From NCBI GenBank assembly GCA_045566175.1, contig JBJLDX010000020.1:5892-69891 (forward strand): a stretch of DNA of 64,000 bases. The letters run 5' to 3'. Position numbers and translations under genes: made by a program. Below are positions 10,346 to 20,367 of the stretch, piece by piece. The notes beneath the pieces were generated by a model, which was not told the DNA's origin, searched no databases, and saw only the letters and a program-made list of their open reading frames with translations. The stretch comes from Candidatus Pelagibacter sp. (GTDB taxonomy: Bacteria; Pseudomonadota; Alphaproteobacteria; Pelagibacterales; Pelagibacteraceae). Positions within the stretch are counted from its first letter, which is position 1; the number at the start of each line of letters is the position of its first letter.

Positions 10346-10999
10346 TTACAATTTATTTTTACAACAGTAATAAAGCCTCTCTTTTTTAAAACCAAAAAAT
10401 GTTCTCAGTGGGGGCAAAAGATGCATCAAATACGCTAAAAGAAAACGTATTAAACCAGATCCAGGCATTGGCTTTTTCCAAGTTTTATGAAGAGCTCCGT
10501 AATATTTGAAATTTACTGATTCAAATTTTTTTTCAAAAAATGAAGATAATTGTTTTTCTATATTATTAATATTCTTAAGCCAAACAATATTAAAAATCAT
10601 ACTGCCTCCTGGTTTTAAGAAATTATACATCGACTTAATCACTTCTACACTTTCATCATGTTCAAAGTATGCGTTAGTTCCCATAGTTTGAAAACAAACT
10701 AATACATCAGGTTTTTTTTGATTATCATTTTTTAAATATTCCTGCATTCTGCTATTAATTATTATTGCATCAGGATTTATATTTTTTCCTGCATCGAGCT
10801 CTTTTTGATCTATATCTACACAAATATATTTTTCGGTTGAAAAAAAATGTTTATTGCCCATTGTTCCACCAGCAAGATCTACACCTAGCTCACCTTTTAT
10901 CTTAGGTAAATCTTCTTTTACCCAAATCCATAAGAGCATTTTACCGGCCGATCCCCCACCTCTATGAGATCTATAAAAAGATTTTATTAAATTTATCAT
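10346..10999 (-). CDS. Class I SAM-dependent methyltransferase
   Basis: VDLAGG, VDID, LKPGG; ATG at 10999 preferred over the TTG at 11074. Confidence 0.65.
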   Translation of the reverse strand: MINLIKSFYRSHRGGGSAGKMLLWIWVKEDLPKIKGELGVDLAGGTMGNKHFFSTEKYICVDIDQKELDAGKNINPDAIIINSRMQEYLKNDNQKKPDVLVCFQTMGTNAYFEHDESVEVIKSMYNFLKPGGSMIFNIVWLKNINNIEKQLSSFFEKKFESVNFKYYGALHKTWKKPMPGSGLIRFLLAYLMHLLPPLRTFFGFKKERLYYCCKNKL

Positions 11000-11249
11000 G
11001 TTAAATCTGATAAATGTTTTACTAATTAATTTTATATTTACAACACTTTCAATGAAATTAGGATAAAAAGTCAAACAAAATTATGCCAACTTTAGTAACT
11101 ATAGATTCTACAATTAAGTATTTATTTAAACATTGAAATTTTTTATAGAGGGTTAGATACTGAAGTATCCTAGGAATGGTTTTAGAAAATGATGTACACA
11201 TATTAAATGATGATTAAATTCTTATAAATTTTCTTAGGAGATAAATTTG

Positions 11250-13034
11250 ATGAAAACTATTAAAAAACTTTTATACCTATTGCTCCCTTATGAAAGAAGA
11301 CGAATGATGCTTCTTCTAGTAATGATGATAGTGATGGCAATACTAGAAATGATAGGAGTGGTATCAATTATGCCTTTCATGGCTGTTTTGGTAAATACTG
11401 AAATTATCGAAACTAATGTTTTATTGAAATCTGCATTTCAAAATTCCATTAAACTTGGAATAGAAAACGAAGAACAGTTTTTATTTCTATTAGGTGTAAT
11501 TGTTTTTTTAATTCTTGTTGTTTCATTATCTTTTAAATTCCTTACAATTTATGCTCAATTGCGATTTACTGCAGGACGAAATTACACTCTAGCTAAGCGT
11601 TTTGTGGAAGGCTACCTACATCAGCCTTACAGTTGGTTTTTGAATCGTCATAGTGCAGATCTTGGTAAGACTATTCTTTCAGAGGTTAATACAATTGTAA
11701 CTCAAGGTTTTAATCCGATGTTAGATCTTATAAGACAAAGTGCAGTAACCTTAGCAATAGTTATAATATTAATTTTTATTAATCCTAAGCTTACACTAAT
11801 AGTTGGTTTGACACTTGGTATGGCTTATGGACTTATTTATTTATTCATAAGAAGTTTTGTTGCTAAAATTGGTCAGAAGCGTTTGGATGCTAATAGATGG
11901 ATATTTACTTCCATTAGCGAAGCATTCGGCGCCACAAAAGAAATAAAAGTAAGTGGCTTAGAACAAGCTTATGTCGCACGGTTTTCTGATCCAGCAATAA
12001 CTCTTGCAAAGATTAAAGCTACAGCTGGCGTTATAGTATACTTACCACGGTTTCTTCTTGAGGCTATAGCATTTGGTGGAATGTTATTGGTAGTGCTTTA
12101 CTTGATGTCACAAAGTGGAAATTTTGTTAATGCTGTACCTCTAATAGCACTTTATGCTTTTGCTGGTTATCGTCTGATGCCTGCACTGCAACAGATCTAC
12201 ACATCTTTAACTACTTTGCGATTTATTACTCCTGCACTTGACGCGATGCACAAAGATCTTAAGAGTTTACAGCCATCCAATTCTCATCAAAAACAAGAAC
12301 CATTGCCACTTAATAAAGACATAACTTTAAAAAATATTTATTATAATTATCCCAACGCATCAAGGACTGCATTAAAGAATATTAATTTCAGTATTCCTGC
12401 AGGCACTACAGTTGGAATTGTAGGAGCTACTGGAAGTGGTAAAACTACTACAGTAGATATTATACTTGGTCTACTTGAAGCGCAGAAAGGCAGTCTTCAA
12501 GTTGATGGCAAAATAATTAATAAGAATAATATTAGAGCTTGGCAAAAATCGATTGGTTATGTTCCTCAGCATATTTTTTTAGCTGACGATACAATCGCTG
12601 CTAATATTGCATTTGGTATTGATCCTGATAAGATTGATAATTTAGCCGTAGAACGTTCAGCTAAAATGGCTAAATTACAAGACTTTGTTATCAATGAATT
12701 ACCACAAAAATTTCAAACAACAATTGGGGAACGAGGGATAAGATTATCTGGAGGGCAAAGGCAGCGTATAGGAATAGCTAGAGCCTTATATCATAATCCA
12801 AAAGTATTAATTCTTGATGAGGCCACTAGCGCACTAGACAATTTTACTGAGCAAAAAGTAATGGAAGAAGTTAAGAGTTTAGGTAAAAAGACTACAATTA
12901 TCATGATAGCACATCGTATAAATACTGTTAAAGAATGTGATAATATTTTTTTGTTACAAAAAGGTGAACTTAAACAACAGGGTTCGTTTAAAGAATTAAG
13001 CGAGAGCAGCAATTACTTTAATACAGATAACTAA
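11250..13034 (+). CDS. ABC transporter, fused TMD-NBD (PglK/MsbA-like glycan flippase)
   Basis: Several TM segments, GATGSGKTT, LSGGQRQR, LDEATSALD; AGGAG RBS upstream. Confidence 0.85.
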   Translation: MKTIKKLLYLLLPYERRRMMLLLVMMIVMAILEMIGVVSIMPFMAVLVNTEIIETNVLLKSAFQNSIKLGIENEEQFLFLLGVIVFLILVVSLSFKFLTIYAQLRFTAGRNYTLAKRFVEGYLHQPYSWFLNRHSADLGKTILSEVNTIVTQGFNPMLDLIRQSAVTLAIVIILIFINPKLTLIVGLTLGMAYGLIYLFIRSFVAKIGQKRLDANRWIFTSISEAFGATKEIKVSGLEQAYVARFSDPAITLAKIKATAGVIVYLPRFLLEAIAFGGMLLVVLYLMSQSGNFVNAVPLIALYAFAGYRLMPALQQIYTSLTTLRFITPALDAMHKDLKSLQPSNSHQKQEPLPLNKDITLKNIYYNYPNASRTALKNINFSIPAGTTVGIVGATGSGKTTTVDIILGLLEAQKGSLQVDGKIINKNNIRAWQKSIGYVPQHIFLADDTIAANIAFGIDPDKIDNLAVERSAKMAKLQDFVINELPQKFQTTIGERGIRLSGGQRQRIGIARALYHNPKVLILDEATSALDNFTEQKVMEEVKSLGKKTTIIMIAHRINTVKECDNIFLLQKGELKQQGSFKELSESSNYFNTDN

Positions 13035-13089
13035 AAATTAGAAAAATAATATTTTTTTATTTTAAGTTATATTATACAACAATTATTTT

Positions 13090-14088
13090 ATGAAGTATTT
13101 GATCTTTATATTCAAACATAGATTTAGAAGAGGTTCATTAAACAATATTCTTAGATGTAAAAAAGTCAAACAAACTCGTATTGTTAATTTATCAGGACCT
13201 TTTTTTTCTTTTTTTGGAAAAATTTTATATTATTTGATTAGAAGTAAAAAAGTTGTTTTCATATCTTGTGATGGTCTTGATTATTTAAAAAGAGAAAAAA
13301 ACAGCATAAATTTTTGGATGGGAGGAACAACCGAAAAAATTGTAGATAAATTTAAAAAATTTCAGAACAACTTTGTTGCAGCCAGTACAGTATTTACAGA
13401 TGACTCAAAATTATTAATTTTTTACCCCACATTAATTAAAAAAAATAAATTTAATAAGAATTTTAAATTTGTTTATATTTCAGAAAATAAGATAATTGAA
13501 AATAGTAAATCGTTAAAAATTTGGGATGATAACAAAGAAAGTATTTTAAAAAATTTACAATTATTAAATGACATTAATTTTTGGAAAAACTTAGTAGAAA
13601 TAAAAACTGATCCAGTCCAAAAGATTTATATTGATATTAAATCCCTAGTAAGAAATGAATTGGTGAATGAATTAAATAAAATTTTAAAAGAAAAATTCAT
13701 ATTAATTGGATCTAACTGGAAAAAAAAATATCCAAATGCTCTAGAGAGTAATTACTCAGATAACTTTGTAGAAAATATCTATCAGGGCAATATTTGTATT
13801 GATTTTGGGAGTAAAAATAGTCAAAAATGCATTTATCCTAGAAGCTGTAAAATTATTGAAAGTGGAGGCTTATTGTTTCAGTCCATACATCAAGATAGTA
13901 AAGATATATTTAAAGATTTATTTTCGAAAACTTGTTTTACTTCAATACAAGATATGAGAGAAAAAATTGATTACTTTTTAAAAAATTCAGAAAAATTAGA
14001 AACCCTTTTCTTAAAGCAACAAAATAACTTTGAAAGTGATGATTTAAATTATAAAACAATAAAAAAAATAGAGAATTTTATTAACTAA
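13090..14088 (+). CDS. Putative glycosyltransferase (CgeB/GT-B C-terminal like)
   Basis: IGSNW, YPRS..I..SGG motif; island context. Confidence 0.5.
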   Translation: MKYLIFIFKHRFRRGSLNNILRCKKVKQTRIVNLSGPFFSFFGKILYYLIRSKKVVFISCDGLDYLKREKNSINFWMGGTTEKIVDKFKKFQNNFVAASTVFTDDSKLLIFYPTLIKKNKFNKNFKFVYISENKIIENSKSLKIWDDNKESILKNLQLLNDINFWKNLVEIKTDPVQKIYIDIKSLVRNELVNELNKILKEKFILIGSNWKKKYPNALESNYSDNFVENIYQGNICIDFGSKNSQKCIYPRSCKIIESGGLLFQSIHQDSKDIFKDLFSKTCFTSIQDMREKIDYFLKNSEKLETLFLKQQNNFESDDLNYKTIKKIENFIN

Positions 14089-15272
14089 TGAAAAAAATAT
14101 TTTTAGATCTTGGAATGCAACCACTTGCAAATGATTTTACCAATAAATATACCCCAGCCTCATTTAGACTAAAACTTCAATTTGATACTAAATTGAAATT
14201 AGCAATGATAAATAAACATGTGAAGAAAGAAAAAATGTTTAATAAATCATATCCTTATAGATCGTCTAAATCAAAATTAGTAGAAAAGTTATTCCAAAAC
14301 CTTTCAAAGAAAATAAAAAAAAAATTTAAACCAAAAAATATACTGGAGATAGGCTGTAATGATGGAATGTTTGCATCTAATTTTGATAAAAATAAAATTA
14401 CATGTATTGAGCCTTGCTATGATGTAGCTCTTGAAGCAAGAAAAAAAGGTTTGAAAGTATATATTAATTATTTTGATGATTTATTAATAAAAAAATTAAC
14501 TAAATCTCATCCAAAATTTGATTTAATATTTTCTGCTAATACCATCACCCACATATCTAAATATAATTCAGTTTTTTCAAATATATCCAAAATACTAGAT
14601 GATAAAGGGACTGTTATTATTGAAGAACCCTCTTTGTTAGAAACAATGAGAAAAAATTCGTATGACCAATTTTATAATGAACATATATATGTTTTTTCAG
14701 CTATTGCTTTACAGAATATTCTAAAAAAAAATAATCTTGAAATTTACGATATAGAAAACATAAAGGTTCATGGAGGTTCTAATAGATATTATATAAAGAA
14801 AAAAAAAAATAATGAAATTAAACTTACAAAGAGATTTAAAAGGAATATGATTTTAGAACGAAAAAATGGATTACATAAATTTTCGTCCTATAAAAAATTT
14901 TCAAAGAAGGTCAAAGAATCTAAAATTAACCTCATAAGATTAATTAAAAATTTAAAAAAGGATAATAAAAAAATAGTAGGTTATGGGGCGTCTGCTAAAG
15001 CAGTTACAATCTTGAATTATTGTAACTTAAAGGAAGAATATTTTGATTATTTTTATGATACTACGAGACAAAAAATTGGTAAATTTTTACCAGGAACTAA
15101 AATAAAAGTCATAAGATATCAAAAATTAAAAGACAATAAAATGTATGTTTTTTTAGGTGCTTGGAATTTTTACAAAGAAATTTTAAAAAAAGAAAATTTT
15201 TTTTATAATAATTTTGGAAATTTTATCACTCATGTTCCTCATCCAAGAATTATAAGAAAAGTAAAAAGATAA
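14088..15272 (+). CDS. NDP-hexose C-methyltransferase family protein
   Basis: LDLGMQPLAN, YPYRSS, EIGCNDG, YDQFYNEH, HGGS, GYGASAK. Confidence 0.8.
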   Translation: MKKIFLDLGMQPLANDFTNKYTPASFRLKLQFDTKLKLAMINKHVKKEKMFNKSYPYRSSKSKLVEKLFQNLSKKIKKKFKPKNILEIGCNDGMFASNFDKNKITCIEPCYDVALEARKKGLKVYINYFDDLLIKKLTKSHPKFDLIFSANTITHISKYNSVFSNISKILDDKGTVIIEEPSLLETMRKNSYDQFYNEHIYVFSAIALQNILKKNNLEIYDIENIKVHGGSNRYYIKKKKNNEIKLTKRFKRNMILERKNGLHKFSSYKKFSKKVKESKINLIRLIKNLKKDNKKIVGYGASAKAVTILNYCNLKEEYFDYFYDTTRQKIGKFLPGTKIKVIRYQKLKDNKMYVFLGAWNFYKEILKKENFFYNNFGNFITHVPHPRIIRKVKR

Positions 15273-15315
15273 CTTATTTTGATTAGAAAAATTTATAAAT
15301 TAAAAATAAGCTAAT

Positions 15316-16446
15316 ATGAAAAAAAATTATTTCTGGTCACCTCATATAGATCCACAAGTTGCAACATTAAAATCAGTTTTTAACTCATTGAATTCGTTTT
15401 CTAAATTTGAAAAAAAATTTGAGAGTATATTAGTTAATGTATTTGGTGAATGGGATAAATTTGAATTTGGATCAGTAAATAAGATTAATTTAATAAGGAA
15501 TAGGAGTCTTATAAAGAGAAAATTTAAAGGCTTTCTAAACTCAAGAATTTTATATTTTTTAATATTTTTTTATTCTTACTTTCCTTTAAAAAGAGTCTTA
15601 AATAATGATAAACCAGATTATTTAGTTGTTCATCTAATTACATCAATACCACTGGTGATGTTTATATTAAATAATTTTAAAACAGAGCTAGTTTTGCGCA
15701 TATCAGGTCTTCCAAAATTAAATTTTCATAGATTTTTACTTTGGAAAATAGCATCAAAAAAAATTAAATATGTAATTTGTCCAACAGAGGAGACAAGAGA
15801 TTTTTTATTAAAAAAGAATATTTTTAAAAAAAATCAATTAATATTTATTCCAGATCCAATATTAAATATAAGTGAAATAAATGTTTTGAAAAGAAAAGCA
15901 CTGGACAAGGAAATTACAAAACCTTTCTTTTTAAGTATAGGAAGGTTTACAAAACAAAAAAATCATATTTTTTTATTAAATTTTTTTTCTAAAAAACCTC
16001 ACTATCTTAATAATTATAAATTAATCATAATTGGAGAAGGAGAGTTAGAAAGTGAATACAAAAAAATTATTGTTAAAGGTAATTTAGAAAATAAAATTGA
16101 AATATTGAATTATAAAAAAAACATCTTTAATTACATTTATAAAGCAAGTTGTGTGATTTCAAGTTCTTTGTGGGAGGATCCTGGTTTTATCATGGTAGAA
16201 TCTGCTTTTGTAGGTACACCTATAATTACTTCTGACTGTCCAAATGGTCCAAAAGAATTTATCGGTAAAAGTGAGAATGGTTTTATATATAATTCAAATG
16301 ATGTAAAAAGTTTTCAAAAGGAACTTGATAATTTTCTTAATATTCCAAAAGAGGATCTTTTGAAAAAAAAGATAAGAGCAAAAAGAAGATCAAAATTGTT
16401 TACAGGATTTTATAATTATAAAAAATTATCATATTTACTAAATTAG
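15316..16446 (+). CDS. Glycosyltransferase GT4
   Basis: IGRFTKQKN, GEGE, SSLWEDPGFIMVE, DCPNGPKE. Confidence 0.8.
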   Translation: MKKNYFWSPHIDPQVATLKSVFNSLNSFSKFEKKFESILVNVFGEWDKFEFGSVNKINLIRNRSLIKRKFKGFLNSRILYFLIFFYSYFPLKRVLNNDKPDYLVVHLITSIPLVMFILNNFKTELVLRISGLPKLNFHRFLLWKIASKKIKYVICPTEETRDFLLKKNIFKKNQLIFIPDPILNISEINVLKRKALDKEITKPFFLSIGRFTKQKNHIFLLNFFSKKPHYLNNYKLIIIGEGELESEYKKIIVKGNLENKIEILNYKKNIFNYIYKASCVISSSLWEDPGFIMVESAFVGTPIITSDCPNGPKEFIGKSENGFIYNSNDVKSFQKELDNFLNIPKEDLLKKKIRAKRRSKLFTGFYNYKKLSYLLN

Positions 16447-16481
16447 CATGTATACTTAAATTTAATAAAAAAGTTAAAACT

Positions 16482-17453
16482 ATGAATTTTAAAAATAAAA
16501 TATTTATTACTGGAGTTGCAGGTTTTATAGGTTTTTCTATAGCTGAAAGACTATTAAAAAAAAAAAATAATCAAATTATTGGAATTGATAATTTAAATTC
16601 TTATTATAGTAAAAAACTTAAATTTAGACGATTACAAATTTTAAGGAAAAATAAAAATTTTAAGTTTCACAAGCTTGATTTAAAAGATAAAAAAAAGTTA
16701 GAAATTCTTTTTAAAAAGAATAAATTTTCTGTTGTTTTTAACTTAGCTGCTCAAGCAGGTGTTAGATATTCGTATGAAAATCCAAGATCTTATACTGACT
16801 CAAATATAATTGGTTTTATAAATTTAATAGAATTGATAAAATATAACAAAATAAAGAAATTTATTTTTGCTTCCTCTAGTTCAGTTTATGGAGATGAAAA
16901 GCCGTTCCCAAAATCAGAGAGTTCTGAGCTAAATCCAATAAATTTGTATTCTCTATCAAAATTATCAAATGAACAATTCGCAAAATCTATGAGTAAATCG
17001 ATGAAAACAAAAATTGTAGGATTAAGATTTTTTACAATTTATGGACCTTGGGGAAGACCAGATATGTTAATTATGAAATATATGATTGCATCGAAAAAAA
17101 AATTAAAGTTCCTGTTATATAATAAAGGAGATCACTTTAGAGATTTTACTTACATTGATGATGCAGTAAATATCTGTGAAAAACTTGTATATAAGAAAAT
17201 AAGAAAAAACTTTGATATTTTTAATATTTGTTCTTCAAATCCTTTACATATTACAAAAGTTATCAATGAAGTTAATAAATATATTGATAAGCCAAAAATT
17301 TTAAAAAAACCTAGGGACAAAGCTGATGTTTATAAAACCTTTGGAAGTAATAAAAAGATAAATATTTTTTTAGGAAAAAAAATTAAGTTTACTAATTATA
17401 AGAAAGGTGTTGAGAATACTTGTGATTGGTTTTTGAATAATTATTATTTTTGA
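16482..17453 (+). CDS. NAD-dependent epimerase (UDP-glucuronate 4-epimerase-like)
   Basis: GVAGFIG, NLAAQAGVRYS, YxxxK, YGPWGRPDM. Confidence 0.8.
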   Translation: MNFKNKIFITGVAGFIGFSIAERLLKKKNNQIIGIDNLNSYYSKKLKFRRLQILRKNKNFKFHKLDLKDKKKLEILFKKNKFSVVFNLAAQAGVRYSYENPRSYTDSNIIGFINLIELIKYNKIKKFIFASSSSVYGDEKPFPKSESSELNPINLYSLSKLSNEQFAKSMSKSMKTKIVGLRFFTIYGPWGRPDMLIMKYMIASKKKLKFLLYNKGDHFRDFTYIDDAVNICEKLVYKKIRKNFDIFNICSSNPLHITKVINEVNKYIDKPKILKKPRDKADVYKTFGSNKKINIFLGKKIKFTNYKKGVENTCDWFLNNYYF

Positions 17454-17468
17454 CAAAAGTTATTTTAA

Positions 17469-18581
17469 TTAAATCTTTTTAAAATTTTTAGTAAATGAGA
17501 CAATCTTAAGACATCTTTTATCCCAAGTATATTTTTTTGCTGTAAGAAATGCATTTTTTTTAAGGTTTTTATTTTTTTTATTTCTATTTAAGTGTAAATT
17601 AATATTTCTAGACCACTCTTTATCATCATTAACTCTAACTAATTTACAATTGGAGTTATTTTTAAGAATGTGTTTATAAACATATAAATCAGAGGCAATA
17701 ATAACCATTTTTGCAGCTAAATAATCAAACATTTTAAGTGGCGACATATATTTTTCTAACCAAATTGAAGCTCTTCCCCTAACTTTTTTCTGATAAGGCA
17801 TTAAAGCAACTTCGTATTTTGATAATACCAAGGGTATTTTAGAATAACTTATATAATCAAAAACTTTTAAATTTTTTTCTTTTTTCTTATTTTTTAGGTA
17901 TTTTTTTTCACCATAAATATGAAAGTTAATATTTTTATTTTGTTGAGCTAACCTATAAATTTGTTCAACACCTTTTCCCTCAAAAAAACTTCCAATATAA
18001 ACGCATGTATTTTTTAGTTTCCTATCTTTGTTTTGTTTAAAATTTTCAATATTTGTTGCATCATCTAGAACTATATTATTTTTTGGTTCAATTTTATAAA
18101 AATCTTTTAGATTTTTATGTAAAAAAATATACTTTAAATTCTCAATTAGTCTTAAATATTTTAGTAAAAAATATAAAAATTTAGAAAGTCCTGAGATTTC
18201 ATGATGTAGCTCTAAAATTATATTTTTTTTTAATACTGACGCAAAGAGAGCAAATATAATACTTCTAGATAAATATATTATTTTTTTATCTGAGTCTTTT
18301 GAGTTTTTTAATAATATTTTGATTGAAAATATTATTCTAAATAAAAAATTTAGTTTTTTAAGATTATCAAATATTGAAATAATATTGAACTTATAATTGA
18401 TATTATAGTCTTTAAAAATTTTTGTTAAATTTTTGCTATTAATAGTAAATAAATTAGTTTTGTATCCTAATTTAGAAAATGCTTCACACATTTTCATTAC
18501 ATGAATTGAATATGCTGATTTATTAGGAATATTTAATTCAGAAATATAATTGATCTTAAATTTAGTTTTTTTTTGTGTCAT
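17469..18581 (-). CDS. Glycosyltransferase GT4
   Basis: SIHVMKMCEAF, ELH, GKGVE, SPLKMFDY. Confidence 0.8.
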   Translation of the reverse strand: MTQKKTKFKINYISELNIPNKSAYSIHVMKMCEAFSKLGYKTNLFTINSKNLTKIFKDYNINYKFNIISIFDNLKKLNFLFRIIFSIKILLKNSKDSDKKIIYLSRSIIFALFASVLKKNIILELHHEISGLSKFLYFLLKYLRLIENLKYIFLHKNLKDFYKIEPKNNIVLDDATNIENFKQNKDRKLKNTCVYIGSFFEGKGVEQIYRLAQQNKNINFHIYGEKKYLKNKKKEKNLKVFDYISYSKIPLVLSKYEVALMPYQKKVRGRASIWLEKYMSPLKMFDYLAAKMVIIASDLYVYKHILKNNSNCKLVRVNDDKEWSRNINLHLNRNKKNKNLKKNAFLTAKKYTWDKRCLKIVSFTKNFKKI

Positions 18582-18622
18582 TAGTCAAAAAATAGTCTAA
18601 TTGTTGTATGAAAAATCTGTTG

Positions 18623-19357
18623 ATGAGATTAATTAGCATAATTATTCCTTACTATAAAAAAAAAAATTATATCGAACAAACACTTAATTCAATTCTTAGT
18701 CAAAAATATAAAAAATTTGAGATTTTAATTATATATGATGACATTGATAAAAGTGATTTACAATTTTTAAAAACATTAAAGAAAAAGGATAGTCGTATTA
18801 AATTAGTTATCAACAATAAAAATATTGGTGCAGGTATGTCTAGAAATAAAGCAATAAAATTGTCCAAAGGTGAATTTATTGCATTTATAGATTCAGATGA
18901 CCTTTGGCACCCGGATAAGCTAAAGATACAATTGAGTTTTATGATTAGAAAAAAAATATCAATAAGTCATACCTCTTACAACATAATTGATAAAAATAAT
19001 TTTAAAATAGGATTCAGAGAGGCAAAAAAATTAAATTATAAAGATTTATTAAAGTCTTGCGATATTGGTTTGTCGACAGTATTAATAAAAAAAGCAATAT
19101 TAAAAAATAAATATTTTGCAAAATTGAATACAAAAGAAGATTATGTCTTATGGCTTAAGTTGGCAAAAGCAAGCTTTGTATTTTACCCAATAAAAAGACC
19201 ACTTACATCATGGAGATCTTTAAGAGAGTCATTATCCTCATCTACAATACAAAAATTATTTGATGGTTACTTCGTATATAGAACTTTTTTAAAACAATCG
19301 GTTGTGAGATCTCTATTTAGTTTATTAATTTTATCAATTAACTTTTTAAGAAAATGA
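18623..19357 (+). CDS. Glycosyltransferase GT2 (TuaG-like)
   Basis: SIIIPYY, SRN, FIDSDDLW, EDY; alternative start at 18608. Confidence 0.8.
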   Translation: MRLISIIIPYYKKKNYIEQTLNSILSQKYKKFEILIIYDDIDKSDLQFLKTLKKKDSRIKLVINNKNIGAGMSRNKAIKLSKGEFIAFIDSDDLWHPDKLKIQLSFMIRKKISISHTSYNIIDKNNFKIGFREAKKLNYKDLLKSCDIGLSTVLIKKAILKNKYFAKLNTKEDYVLWLKLAKASFVFYPIKRPLTSWRSLRESLSSSTIQKLFDGYFVYRTFLKQSVVRSLFSLLILSINFLRK

Positions 19358-20367
19358 TAGAGATTTTTATTTTAATTTTAACAGTTTTTTTTATCAATTT
19401 AATTTTAAAGAAAAAAAAACTACTTTCAAATACAACTGGTCAATTGCATCAGATTTACAACCAAGAATACCAAGTACCCTTATCAGGAGGGTTGTTTATA
19501 ATTGGATATTTTTATTATTATAATCAACATTTTGATTTAATTTTAATTTTATATCTTTCATTTTTTTTTCTTTTAGGACTTTTTACAGACTTAAATTTAA
19601 TAAAATCTCCTCTTTATAGATTTTTACTTCAAATATTATTACTTATATTATTTATTAATCATTTAGAAATGGCAATTTATGATGTCAGAATAGAATGGAT
19701 GAATAACTTATTAGAAAATTATTATTTTAATATCTTTTTTTCATTATTTTGTTTCTTAGTTTTAATTAATGGCTCAAACTTTATAGATGGAAATAATGGT
19801 ATTTCGCTAGGCTATTTTTTAATAATTTTTTTATTATTATTTTATTTGATAGAAAAGAATTCAATCTTTTTTGAAAATGACTTTATATTTTCATTCATTT
19901 TTATTTTGACTTTTTTGTTAATCTTAAATTTGTTTAATCAACTATATTTAGGAGATAGTGGAGTTTATCTTTTATCTCTTTTCTCTGGTTATATTTTGAT
20001 AAATTTGTTCATTCAGAATCAAAGTATATCACCATATTTTATTGTAAATATTTTTTGGTATCCGGCATTTGAAATCTTATTCTCCTTAATTCGAAAGATA
20101 AAATCAAAATATTCACCTCTAATGCCTGATACAACTCATCTACATCAATTGTTGTTTTTTTATTTTTTAAAAAAAATTAATCTAAGTAAAAGTATTTTAA
20201 ACTCTGTAACAGGAATATGTATAAATATGTATAATGGAACAATCTTATATTTTGCTTCGATGAATATATATAATACAAAAATACAAATTATATTTTTGTT
20301 TTTTAGTTTAATAATTTATCTAATCTTTTATTTTATGTTGACTAAATTTAAAAAGTCTTCAAACTAG
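19354..20367 (+). CDS. WecA/MraY-like polyprenyl-phosphate HexNAc-1-P transferase (divergent)
   Basis: Polytopic; PLSGG, NFIDG, YLGDSG, PDTTHLHQ. Confidence 0.75.
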   Translation: MIEIFILILTVFFINLILKKKKLLSNTTGQLHQIYNQEYQVPLSGGLFIIGYFYYYNQHFDLILILYLSFFFLLGLFTDLNLIKSPLYRFLLQILLLILFINHLEMAIYDVRIEWMNNLLENYYFNIFFSLFCFLVLINGSNFIDGNNGISLGYFLIIFLLLFYLIEKNSIFFENDFIFSFIFILTFLLILNLFNQLYLGDSGVYLLSLFSGYILINLFIQNQSISPYFIVNIFWYPAFEILFSLIRKIKSKYSPLMPDTTHLHQLLFFYFLKKINLSKSILNSVTGICINMYNGTILYFASMNIYNTKIQIIFLFFSLIIYLIFYFMLTKFKKSSN

